This document shows, piece after piece, positions 26,001 through 34,451 of a stretch of 64,000 bases of DNA (position 1 is its first letter; every line of letters starts with the position of its first letter). The notes beneath the pieces were generated by a model. The model was given only the letters and a program-made list of their open reading frames with translations. It was not told where the DNA came from and ran no database searches. The stretch is from a virus. The position numbers and the translations under genes are program-made. The DNA is taken from the IMG/VR virus record IMGVR_UViG_3300045988_175002; one strand, given 5' to 3'.

Positions 26001-28377
26001 TGTGACCGCCGCCCTTGCCGTACACGTTGAACTCCCAAGTAAGCGGGTCACTGATTTCAGCCTTCGTGGTCTTCACACGCATGATGCCACTGTTGGTTTC
26101 CGCATTGGAGACAGGGAATGGGACGCTGGGCGTATTGCTTTTGATGGTTTGGGCTTGCAATGCGCCGTTCTCGTCAACGTCCACGCTCATATTCGCACTG
26201 GCGGTCACAGTCCCGGTGGCGAGATTGGATACGATGCCACTGAAATGCAGGTCAGGCAAAGTGGCCGACCCCATACGGTCTACTTCAGGCGTGACTTTGC
26301 CAGAACGTGGCGTGAACACGAGATTATTCCCGTCCACTTTCATCTGCCAGAACGAATCATCACAGGTCGGATTGTACAAGCCTTTCGGTTTCGGCACCGT
26401 GATGGTCGGCGTCATGCTCGTATTGGACAGGAGAATGGTGCGCAACTGTTCCGTGACCGTATAATCCACTCGCATGCCGGGAATCAAATCGACTGCGCTT
26501 CCGGACGGGTGATTGGAACTGTTGTTCGCATACACTTGATTGCCTTCACCATCGTAGGCTTTCAGACTGATGTCGATACTGGTGGTCGGGTCTACCGGCT
26601 TGGCAATCCACACCCAATTGGTGACGCTCGCCTTATCGTCTTCGGTAAGCCATGCGGTCAGCGTATCCAAAGCTTCCACATTGCCTTTGGACACGTCGGC
26701 TATGGCGAGCGTGTTGAACGTGACCTGAACGTTCGGCGCACCCTTTCCTAAAGTCAACGTGTCGGGGTTGAACGTCACCCGAATCTTCTTGACGTTCGGA
26801 GCGTCCGTGTCGGATGGTTCCCCGTCATGCCAATTGTCTTTGCTATCAGCCCATTGAACTTTGTAGTCGGAAACCGGAGCACCGTTCTGGGTGACTTCCA
26901 AGCTTCCATCCCACCGCATGCGCGTATTATCCCACTCATCCTGCATGGTCGGCGTAGTGTTTTTAAGCTTGTCCGCAGTAACGTTCGCCGCATACATTTC
27001 CAAAATGGTTTTGACTTGCGTTCCACGGGACACGGTGTCGCCGGAACCGTCGGAATAGTAATGGTAGATGTCGGCTTTGCCTTCGGCGGCGTCGAACGTC
27101 AGATTCTCCTTGTCGAACATGGTCTTGGACGCAGTGTTAGGACGTTGCAGTCCTTTGCCGAACAGTGGAATCTTGCCAGCTGGAGTCGGCTTGAGCCGTT
27201 GGATGATGGCTCGTGACCAGTCATTGTTCGCGTACGGGTAGCCGACGCGGGCACCCGTATCCTTGTTGTAGGTGCTCTTGTCCCGTCCAATGTTCCAGCC
27301 GGGTTCGCCGCCCTTGCCCATGTTCAACAGTGCGTTGCCGTTATCGTCTTTGACGCTGAACACGGTTTCGTCGGGAACAAGGTGGACATCGTAATATTTG
27401 ACGTCTCCTTCTTTCATGTTTTTGAGCGCGTCGGTTCCGGCGGGAATCCTGTAGCTGATTGTCGCCGCCGTACCGTTTTTGCCACTGGATACGGTCAAAT
27501 ACTGTTCTTTATCACTGTTACGGGTAATCCGCTGACCGCCTACAGTCCACACGGTGCCCTGCGGGAAGTCGGAAATATCCACTTTGGTAGTCCAATCGAT
27601 GCTGGTGGACGCGCCCTTCGTGGACGAATAACCCGGATAGGTCAACGCGTCGGTACGAATAGTGAAATCACCGGTCGCATCGGTGTTCTGACTCCAATAA
27701 GTACGATGCTCATACGAGTATTGGCCTTTCACCGGATTGCCGCCATTGTCAATGACCAAGTCAGCCGCCGGAGCGGATACTACAGTCAGCTCATCCGTAC
27801 GATACGTGGTTGACGTTCCACCTTCGCGGGCGACGACGATTTTCGGAATCTGACCCGGCTTGACCAAGCCTCCCGTGTCTTTTGCTTTCAGATAGAAGGT
27901 TTGGGTCATGGTTTCCACGCCACCGGCTGGAACCGTGTAGGAGCAGGAGCCGTCACTGTTTTTCTTCGCGGTGACGAGTTGTCCCGGCTGGCAGAAGCCA
28001 CCACCGTCAGCAGTCTGCAAATACGGCGCGTCATCCAAGTCGAACTTCACGTTGATGGTACGCTTGCCCGCCGCGTTGAAGTTCAACGTGAGAGAATATT
28101 CGACCGTATCACCGGATGCGACCACGCCATCGGTAGGGGAATCATCGCCCGTGGCGAACCCGTTCTTCGAATTCACGAACGTTTGCGAACTCGTGCCATG
28201 CCCCGTACCGTCGGCTTTCTTAACGATTTTCGCAGTAGCATATGCGGGTTTCAACTCGTCCGCATGCGCTTTCGGAGAGGCTACCGGATTGGTCATGCAT
28301 ATCAGGCCGGATGACAGTGTGGCGATTGCGGCCAATAATGCTACCGGATGTGCCACATGCTTTTTGAGAATACCCAT
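23002..28377 (-). CDS. giant LPXTG-anchored surface adhesin with RCC1 beta-propeller repeats and CnaB/SdrD-B-type domains (~1790 aa)
   Basis: Own start at ATG 28375-28377 with an AAGAAGGAA ribosome-binding site. Signal peptide MGILKKHVAHPVALLAAIATLSSGLICMTNPVASPKAHA. Repeated YxWGxNxxGQLG RCC1 blades. Multiple prealbumin-like B domains of the form GxVWxDxDxNGxxD...DGxYxF. C-terminal LPHTG, followed by a hydrophobic helix and RKKEEQ. In the ORF track it is fused to the sortase ORF. Confidence 0.75.
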   Translation of the reverse strand: MGILKKHVAHPVALLAAIATLSSGLICMTNPVASPKAHADELKPAYATAKIVKKADGTGHGTSSQTFVNSKNGFATGDDSPTDGVVASGDTVEYSLTLNFNAAGKRTINVKFDLDDAPYLQTADGGGFCQPGQLVTAKKNSDGSCSYTVPAGGVETMTQTFYLKAKDTGGLVKPGQIPKIVVAREGGTSTTYRTDELTVVSAPAADLVIDNGGNPVKGQYSYEHRTYWSQNTDATGDFTIRTDALTYPGYSSTKGASTSIDWTTKVDISDFPQGTVWTVGGQRITRNSDKEQYLTVSSGKNGTAATISYRIPAGTDALKNMKEGDVKYYDVHLVPDETVFSVKDDNGNALLNMGKGGEPGWNIGRDKSTYNKDTGARVGYPYANNDWSRAIIQRLKPTPAGKIPLFGKGLQRPNTASKTMFDKENLTFDAAEGKADIYHYYSDGSGDTVSRGTQVKTILEMYAANVTADKLKNTTPTMQDEWDNTRMRWDGSLEVTQNGAPVSDYKVQWADSKDNWHDGEPSDTDAPNVKKIRVTFNPDTLTLGKGAPNVQVTFNTLAIADVSKGNVEALDTLTAWLTEDDKASVTNWVWIAKPVDPTTSIDISLKAYDGEGNQVYANNSSNHPSGSAVDLIPGMRVDYTVTEQLRTILLSNTSMTPTITVPKPKGLYNPTCDDSFWQMKVDGNNLVFTPRSGKVTPEVDRMGSATLPDLHFSGIVSNLATGTVTASANMSVDVDENGALQAQTIKSNTPSVPFPVSNAETNSGIMRVKTTKAEISDPLTWEFNVYGKGGGHTGTMDSMLLLPANGDEKYVQDKLVEYERGYSNYHGSYELTQPVTVNMDNSTSTTVYYSTTTGKKSDNPADYEWKTWDELSAIEKKNITAIRLTSTVVASDDKLSYSAVNGTITLTPSDNVKDDKYTLWLGRNYYSDASDKPAGNQPWPDVAKVVAGSISGTVWWDKDENTLIGDGEERVEGVEVTLGKQDSSGGWQTVKTVKTDKDGHYEFDLLHSGTYRTSVKRNTGTSTGDGVQTQVKTYYDKLEDVVNTRSWSNKIKSNAKDTSDDIHLVIGINQTSVDYGYAKPDPKATVDKTVTGTSCTDTKCVINWDVKVQNSGTSRFDTSSVVSDRMSADVHDVSATAGTVSIESGGAKQVATSGDHKFVLTSEGLLYAWGNNQYGQLGFKPDTTNSATPTNVNKPTIINGSWLKIAAGGKHSAAISTDGHLYTTGWNGSSQLGTGDTDNRDQWTEVASDKTFTDVACGNQFTVAIASDGTLWGVGNAVGSQNYAAWTQIGSGVKFTQLSASMEGFIALNTSGGYLYSGTGVSLGQLSSGGYTQVAAAFGQMYALKDDGTVFWFSTYSATLSGLKDIVKISGGYNTLYAIDKNQHLWASGWNGDGQLANGKTGNGMYWTNGSTGNNTDVIGPVDTGIIASDVAGGDRDVLILGKQVMIAGFDPYGDGKTGGARSTGLKGMAVSSDPTAVPVEPSSETTENGLTTRTYNLPYAIEPGGYVIYHFTGTVDRETADMTGKDQSYIDEWVKKNTKTILNQAWFDSEHTPYSGTPHAIGKTTPNTPDATKLDTNTNDVTGNPTCRTDTDYTEEGRQHWFSTSDEDSCDQVGTIITPTTTAKKLGSISGLYWEDTNKNGIQDEGENTHFAGQTVILTDENGKQLATTKTDKDGKYIFERLDANGNKYRIQFTKVNHRDFTTPDVGDKTPATDGSSTDSDAYTDEDNKLTITLTQDAPTKEHVDAGVLPETWLATMPHTGMGLLLPLLMLVSISGLVAAIILLRKKEEQ

Positions 28378-29283
28378 TAGTGTTCCTTCTTTGCGTGGTT
28401 TTTTTCTACGGATGATGAGAATGGTGATGATGATTACCGCAAGCCAGAAGCCGCCGACGTACAGTATGAGCCATTGGTTCGTGTGGTCTTTCGGCGCGTT
28501 TTCGGGTCTGGGTGCGGGGTGCGGCATGCTGGCGCGCGTGCCGGTCACTAGGAGTCGCTTGTTGTTGATGCCGTATGGCGTGCAGGTTAGGAGTGTGGCG
28601 AGGTCTTTTCCGGCGACGATTTTCAGTTTGGTGAAATCGGATGGGTCTACCACATCAATGCTTGTGACCTTGTAGGCGAGCGTATGTCCGGCGGTTATCA
28701 GATAGAAGACGTCACTTTTTTTGGCTTCACTGCCGAAGCCTCGTAGCTTGTCGAACATGAGCTGGTCTGCCAAACCCGTATGCGCGGATATGACAGTATG
28801 CGTGTTCTTGCCGCCGACGGGGAGACTGGAACCATATAAGTGTCCGGCTCCAGCGGCCAACACGTTTTGCGACGTGCCATGCCGGATGGGCAGGTTGATG
28901 CCCAAGCGTGGATATTTGATGGTAGCCATGACCCCATCCTTGGGGGTGGATAGTTGCTTCCGATACGTGTTGTCCGTTTCGGACTTGTTGACGCCCGTCC
29001 AAGGGTCTTCCGCCTCACCAAGAATGGGCTGACCCTCCTCGTATAGGCGTTGATTGTAGGCTTTCGCGTCCGCATACTCTTGGGCGATTCGTTTCACGTC
29101 AGTGTTTTCCACGGCTTGCGCGTGGGAGTCAGTCAACCGGTTGGATTGGCTGCTATTCGAAATCATGAGGATGAATGGGATGGTTCCGGACAGGGCGGAT
29201 AGGATTAGGCAGAGGAGTCCCGCTATGGCTCGATTTCCCAAGCCTTTCGGTTTCGCCGTATGTTTTCCCAAAACCCCTCCCAT
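28378..29283 (-). CDS. srtC: class C (pilus-associated) sortase; no in-frame stop before the adhesin start
   Basis: Contains VISAHTG (catalytic His), TLLTCTPYG (the TLXTC catalytic Cys) and a downstream Arg (LLVTGTRA). An N-terminal TM is followed by a C-terminal TM, WLILYVGGFWLAVIIITILII, and then RRKKPRKEG. The reading frame continues without a stop into the adhesin. Confidence 0.7.
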
Positions 29284-29400
29284 GCGGTTATAAAGAATCT
29301 AAAAGGTGGCGTGTCGATATTTGGGTTCCCGACACGCCAAGCGGAACATTTCATGCTTTTCCAGCCGTCAAACGGTCAGAAAAGTTTTCTCATACGACTC

Positions 29401-31092
29401 TCACGCCTTGCGACGAAGCAGCAGGGCGGAAGCGCCAGCCAACAGGACGGTCATCACGCCGAAGATGGACAGCCAGACCGCACCGGTCTTCGGCATGTCG
29501 GCAATGTTACGGGCGTTGATGACGGTCACACCCAGATGGTCGGCGTTCTCGGAAGCCAGATTGTTGGCGTCCTTATCGAACTGACTGAGCGTGTAGGAGC
29601 CGTTCGATTGGTTCACCTTGATGGTCAGGGTGAACTGCGGCAGGATGGAGCCATTGAACGGACTCTTTGTCTCCTTGACCGTGTACTTGCCGTCGAGACC
29701 AGTCAGAGTGAGCACGCCATTGCTAGTAGCGACGCTGGTGACGGTGTCGGTGGTGCCGGTGCTCTCGGTCAGGTCGGCCTTACGGTACGTATTGTCGTTC
29801 ACCTTGATGAACTTGACCGGAGTGGCGGTCTGGTTGCCCTCGTACACCTTGAACTCAGCTCCGGCGAGCGGCGCGTTGTTCGTGTCGTGCTTGGTGAGGG
29901 TGAACTTGCCGACGTACACCTTGTCGGTCTGACCCGGAGTGGTCTTATGGTCGGTGACAGTGTTCGGGTTGTGGGAGTATTCGACGTTGTTGGTGTTGGT
30001 GTCGGCGGTGCCGGAGACGGCGTTCTTGTTCACATACATGTCGTAAGTGACTTTGACGGCGGCATCGACCGGGAACTTGGCTTTCATCGCCACGATGTCG
30101 GATGCGGTGGTGGAGTCACCGGTGGTCGGAGCGAAGATGATGTGGAACTTGCCATCCTCAGTAGTGACCTTGTAATCGGTGTCGCGGATGAGGGTCTTAC
30201 CGTCCACGGTCACGACCATGTTGTCCTTGGCCGCGTCATAGGTCAGGCCCTTGGAATACGTATCGTTGATGGCGTAATAGTACTTGTCGTAGCCAGTCCA
30301 GTTCGGCACTTTGCTGGTCATTTCGAAGCTGACCTTCTTGCCGATAGCGGTTTCGGCGGTCGCGCCACTGTTTTCGACGGTGCCGTTTTCGGCGGCGGTA
30401 ATCTTCTTCGTGACGGTGGTGCTGTGTACCTTATAGTTCACGGTGCCCAGTGTGTAGGTCTTGGCGCCGTTCTTCAACATAGTCTTGCCGTCGATGCCAG
30501 TGCCGTTGAACATGACGATGGATGCCTCGCCCTTGACGGTGGTGTCCACTACCGCATATACGCCCGGACGGACGGATGCGGTCATGTGCTGGGCGTCGGC
30601 GCCCTTGGCGAACGCGGTGCCCTTGTCGCCGGTGACGGCGGTCTCGTTCTTCAACTGGTCGAGGAAGTCACGAAGCTTGCCAGCCCACGGACTGTTCTCG
30701 GAATCAAGCAAGTTCTGTACGACCCACACCATCGGATTGGACGCATTATAGTCGTATCCGGCAGTCTGGTCTTTCTTGGACTTGGTGTCGATATTGGCTT
30801 TAGTCAATGCGTCAGCGATAGCAGAAGCCTTGCCCGCGTCAATCAAGTCAAAGCCAGTAATATTAGTACCATCAGTCTGCGCATACGAATAGTAGGCGAG
30901 CGGCACAGCCTTCAACGTGCGATTGCTAATATCACCATTAGCAGTGACGGTCAACGTCTGACGAGCAGCCGCACCAAGCTTGGATGCGTCAACACGAGCA
31001 TCAGCCGCCATGGCGGAGCCGACTCCAGCCAAACCCATGGCACCGGCCACAAGCGTGGCGACCGTTGCCTTCAACAGGTTTTTGGTTTTCAC
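29401..31092 (-). CDS. sortase-dependent pilin-like surface protein (563 aa) with CnaB-type domains
   Basis: GTG start with an AAGGAAAGGAAA ribosome-binding site. Signal peptide MKTKNLLKATVATLVAGAMGLAGVGSAMA. The YVGKFTLTKHDTNNAPLAGAEFKVY stretch is CnaB/isopeptide-domain-like. The C-terminal sorting signal is DMPKTG, followed by a hydrophobic helix and RRKA; the MPKTG is non-canonical. Confidence 0.65.
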   Translation of the reverse strand: MKTKNLLKATVATLVAGAMGLAGVGSAMAADARVDASKLGAAARQTLTVTANGDISNRTLKAVPLAYYSYAQTDGTNITGFDLIDAGKASAIADALTKANIDTKSKKDQTAGYDYNASNPMVWVVQNLLDSENSPWAGKLRDFLDQLKNETAVTGDKGTAFAKGADAQHMTASVRPGVYAVVDTTVKGEASIVMFNGTGIDGKTMLKNGAKTYTLGTVNYKVHSTTVTKKITAAENGTVENSGATAETAIGKKVSFEMTSKVPNWTGYDKYYYAINDTYSKGLTYDAAKDNMVVTVDGKTLIRDTDYKVTTEDGKFHIIFAPTTGDSTTASDIVAMKAKFPVDAAVKVTYDMYVNKNAVSGTADTNTNNVEYSHNPNTVTDHKTTPGQTDKVYVGKFTLTKHDTNNAPLAGAEFKVYEGNQTATPVKFIKVNDNTYRKADLTESTGTTDTVTSVATSNGVLTLTGLDGKYTVKETKSPFNGSILPQFTLTIKVNQSNGSYTLSQFDKDANNLASENADHLGVTVINARNIADMPKTGAVWLSIFGVMTVLLAGASALLLRRKA

Positions 31093-31274
31093 CTTTGTTT
31101 TCCTTTCCTTACTAGACCCGGCGCGCGTTCATTCATCGAACGGGGTCAATATCGGATTACATTCCTAATATACCGCACGCACCCCATTAAGAACCTTCGA
31201 AAAGGACTCTTTCAGCCTTTGAAAAATAAAGGAGGGCATGGCTTCCCATACCCTCCAACATGCCCCTGAGCAGG

Positions 31275-32672
31275 TTAGTTTCCGGACTGTTCGGAACCTT
31301 TCCCACCTAGTGCGGAACCGGCGGCATGACCGGCCACCATACTGTTCAGTATGGCTTTCAAATCGATGCCCAAGGATTGAGACAATCCCTCACTCAACTG
31401 GCTCACACTGTTCACCGTGTCGCCCACGAGCTTCGTGCTGTTTCCGTCGCCATACATGGTGATGTGGTCTACCTTGGTGAGCGGTTCGGCGGCGGCTCGA
31501 ACCATGTCGGGGAGAATCTGAATGTACTGTTGGGCGAGGATGTACGTGTTGTTCATCGAGTTGTACGCCTCGCCCTGAGCGCGGATTGCCTCCGCCTCGC
31601 CCACGCCCTTGGCCTGTGCGGCGGAGCCTTCAGCCTTGCCTTTGACCTCGGTCGCGTGCGCGTCCGCGTCGGCGGTGGATTGGGTGGCCTGAGCCTCCTG
31701 CTGGCGTAGATACAGTTCCGCATCCGCATGCTTGCGGGTCGTGTACACTTGCGCGTCGGCCTGCTGTTCGGCGGCGTATCTGTCGGCGTCGGCCTTCTTG
31801 CGGATGGTCGCGTTCAGTTTTTGCTCTTCGATTTCGGCGTTCTTCTGTTCGAGGACTGCCTTCTTTTCGGCGGCGGCGATTTCCGCCTCCTGCTCCTTGA
31901 CCTTGAGGGTCTTGGACTGTTCGGCGGCGGTGATGCCCTTCACCGCGTCAGCCTCGGCCTGCGCCTTGTCGGAGATGGATTGGAGTTCGGCTCGTTTCAG
32001 GTCGAGCTGGTTCTGACGGACGGCCACATCCTGTTCCGCGTTGATGGACGCGAGCTTCGCATTCCGGCTGATTTCGGCGGCCATTTCAGCGCCCATGTTG
32101 GCGATGACGTTCTGACGGTCGGTGAAGTCTTGAATGTTGAACGTGGTCAATTGAAGGCCAAGCCGTTCCATGTCCACGCGGGCGGATTCGGCCACGGTCG
32201 CAGCGAACGTGTCCCTGTTCTCCATGAGCTCCTTCAACTCGGTCTTGCCGATGACCTCGCGCAGCTTGCCCAAAAGCACCTGCGTCACGTCCTTCTCCAT
32301 GCGCTCCTTGGACTGGTTCAGATAGTTCTTGGCGGCGTTCTCCAACGCCTTCACCTGTTTACCGTTCTCGTCCACGGTCATGGTCTCGGATGCTATCTGG
32401 AAGTTCGCGACGGCGTTCACGTCGATGAGGATTGCGTCCTTCGTCGGAATCGGCGTGTCGGTTCTCAGGAGCGACTGCACCGCTCCGAGGGAGAGCCAGT
32501 CCACGCGCATGATGAACGGTATGATGAACGCGCTTCCGCCGGAGACGAAGCGTCGTCCGCCCGGCCCGGTGATGACCATGACTCGGTCGGCGGGGCAGAC
32601 CTTGTAGCTTGCGGTTGCGAGCAGGATGATGAGTATCGCCACTGCCGCGACGATTATCAATGTTGTTGGCAT
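31275..32672 (-). CDS. SPFH/band-7 flotillin-family membrane protein
   Basis: An N-terminal TM is followed by an SPFH domain, then a long Ala/Glu/Gln-rich coiled coil (AEIAAAEKKAVLEQKNAEIEEQK...) and a C-terminal region typical of flotillin-like FloA/YqiK proteins. Confidence 0.75.
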   Translation of the reverse strand: MPTTLIIVAAVAILIILLATASYKVCPADRVMVITGPGGRRFVSGGSAFIIPFIMRVDWLSLGAVQSLLRTDTPIPTKDAILIDVNAVANFQIASETMTVDENGKQVKALENAAKNYLNQSKERMEKDVTQVLLGKLREVIGKTELKELMENRDTFAATVAESARVDMERLGLQLTTFNIQDFTDRQNVIANMGAEMAAEISRNAKLASINAEQDVAVRQNQLDLKRAELQSISDKAQAEADAVKGITAAEQSKTLKVKEQEAEIAAAEKKAVLEQKNAEIEEQKLNATIRKKADADRYAAEQQADAQVYTTRKHADAELYLRQQEAQATQSTADADAHATEVKGKAEGSAAQAKGVGEAEAIRAQGEAYNSMNNTYILAQQYIQILPDMVRAAAEPLTKVDHITMYGDGNSTKLVGDTVNSVSQLSEGLSQSLGIDLKAILNSMVAGHAAGSALGGKGSEQSGN

Positions 32673-32723
32673 TGACTTTTTCCTTTCTTTTTTGTGGGAG
32701 TGCCCACTATGATAGAACTTGTT

Positions 32724-34064
32724 TCAGAACTCGTTTTCGAAGTCTGCGGCCATGTCCGCGAATTTGGAGCATTCGCCCATGAACGCGAGATTGAACGTTT
32801 CGGTAGGCCCGTTGCGATGTTTGGCGAGAATCACGTCGGCTTCGCCCGGACGTTCCTCACGGTCGTAGTATTCGGGACGATGCACGAGAAACACCATGTC
32901 GGCGTCCTGTTCGATGGAACCTGATTCACGTAGGTCGGACAGTTCCGGCTTCTTGTCGGCACGCTGTTCCGCATTACGGTTCAACTGGGACAGCACGACC
33001 ACTGGGCATTGCAGTTCCTTGGCGAGCATTTTGCATTGGCGGGAGAAGTTCGACACTTCCTGCTGACGGTTCTCGACGGTTTTACCGGAGGACATGAGTT
33101 GCAGGTAGTCGATGACGATAAGCTTCAACCCGTTGACCTTGCGGCTGAGCGCGCGGCATTTCGCACGGATGGTGCTCATGTTGATGATGGCGGAATCGTC
33201 AACCCACAAGGGTGCCTTCTCGACCTGATGGCAGAGCGCGTTAAGCTTGTTCCAATCATTCGAGTTCAGATTCTCGGGATGTTGGAATGATGCGAGACGG
33301 ATGCCCGTTTCGGCGGCGAACATGCGTTGCATGAGTTCGTGACCGCCCATTTCCAGACTGAAAATCACAGTCGGCAGACCCTTGTGTAGTGCGGCGTTGC
33401 GTGCGAAGTCCATACCCAACGTGCTCTTGCCCATGCCCGGACGACCGGCCACGATGACCATTTGTCCGGCTTGCAGTCCGTGCGTCAACGCGTCGATGTC
33501 GCGGAAGCCGGTGGGTGTTCCGAACTCGGTTGGGTTCTGTGACATTTCATCCAACTGTTGGAGCATTTCGTCGGACAGGCGGTATGCGGTCTTCAACTCG
33601 TCGTCTTCGGAACGGCTTGAATCCTCCAACGAGAACGCGGCCTCCAACGACTTGCGGAGCACGTCTTCGGCGGAAGCGTCGGACACGTTGCTCATCTGTT
33701 GCAACTGTTGTCCGACCACGTTGATGTGGCGGAGGATTGCCGCGTCACGAATCTGCTTGATGAAATAGTCACTGTTGTTCGACGTGGGCGCGGAGCCGAC
33801 AAGCTGGGCGATGTAGTCGATGCCGCCGACCTGTTCCAGCTGTCCGTTGTCCATCATGTGTGAGGACAGCATTTGCGCGTCCACACGGTTATTGTCTGCG
33901 GCCAGTTCCTTTATATTGTGGAAGATGGTCTGGTTGGTCGGCTGGTAGAAGTCCTCTTCGGAAAGCTGGCTGATGACCTTGTCCAACGTTTCCGAGTCTT
34001 GAAGCATGGCCCCCAACAATACTTGCTCGGCCATGTCCTTGTGGATTGGTGTGGGGACGCTCAC
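32724..34064 (-). CDS. dnaB: replicative DNA helicase DnaB family
   Basis: N-terminal PIHKDMAEQVLLGAML matches the DnaB N-domain. Walker A GRPGMGKST. Further DnaB motifs are LSQLNRNAEQRADKKP and SDLRESGSIEQDADMV (RecA-fold H4). GTG start overlaps the upstream stop (GTGA). Confidence 0.85.
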   Translation of the reverse strand: MSVPTPIHKDMAEQVLLGAMLQDSETLDKVISQLSEEDFYQPTNQTIFHNIKELAADNNRVDAQMLSSHMMDNGQLEQVGGIDYIAQLVGSAPTSNNSDYFIKQIRDAAILRHINVVGQQLQQMSNVSDASAEDVLRKSLEAAFSLEDSSRSEDDELKTAYRLSDEMLQQLDEMSQNPTEFGTPTGFRDIDALTHGLQAGQMVIVAGRPGMGKSTLGMDFARNAALHKGLPTVIFSLEMGGHELMQRMFAAETGIRLASFQHPENLNSNDWNKLNALCHQVEKAPLWVDDSAIINMSTIRAKCRALSRKVNGLKLIVIDYLQLMSSGKTVENRQQEVSNFSRQCKMLAKELQCPVVVLSQLNRNAEQRADKKPELSDLRESGSIEQDADMVFLVHRPEYYDREERPGEADVILAKHRNGPTETFNLAFMGECSKFADMAADFENEF

Positions 34065-34429
34065 TTGTCGTTGTTCTCCTTCTTGCCGGTGTTGGTCTGA
34101 TTCTTGTTCAACGTCTCATACAGGCGGTGTTCCGTTTGCCAACGTTTGACACGGGATTTGCTGGGATGGTTGACCCACCGGTATACGCAACGTTCTATGC
34201 GCTTGTATCCGAGGACTTCCGGCCCGAGATTGTGACTGCGGAATATCTCCGAGGGACGTTCCCCTTGCAGATATCGGAGGGTCACTTCGTCTTGGAATTG
34301 GGTGGTGAAGATTACCCACCATCCGTGCTTGTTTTTCAAGACGTTGATGACTTCCGGCTTTTTCGTCAATGCCATCGCCTCTTCTGTGGTCAGAAGTTTC
34401 GACGGGGAGTGGCTTTCTGTTTTAGCCAT
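34061..34429 (-). CDS. hypothetical protein (122 aa)
   Basis: ATG start. Translationally coupled to dnaB. Confidence 0.45.
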   Translation of the reverse strand: MAKTESHSPSKLLTTEEAMALTKKPEVINVLKNKHGWWVIFTTQFQDEVTLRYLQGERPSEIFRSHNLGPEVLGYKRIERCVYRWVNHPSKSRVKRWQTEHRLYETLNKNQTNTGKKENNDK

Positions 34430-34451
34430 GTTTGGCTTGTTCCTTTCTGGT

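Noticed and set aside
23098-26751. Long plus-strand ORFs (23098..24216, 24358..25365, 26002..26751) inside the adhesin gene
   Set aside because: They are antisense to a gene with strong domain evidence (RCC1, CnaB, LPXTG). They are GC-rich shadow ORFs with no ribosome-binding site and low-complexity translations.
29260-31269. 669-aa plus-strand ORF overlapping sortase and pilin
   Set aside because: Antisense to the pilin gene. The translation is a Gly/Val/Asp-rich low-complexity sequence typical of reverse-frame ORFs in GC-rich DNA.
31728-32675. 315-aa plus-strand ORF antisense to the flotillin gene
   Set aside because: Low-complexity Leu/Gly/Val translation. The flotillin call on the opposite strand is well supported.
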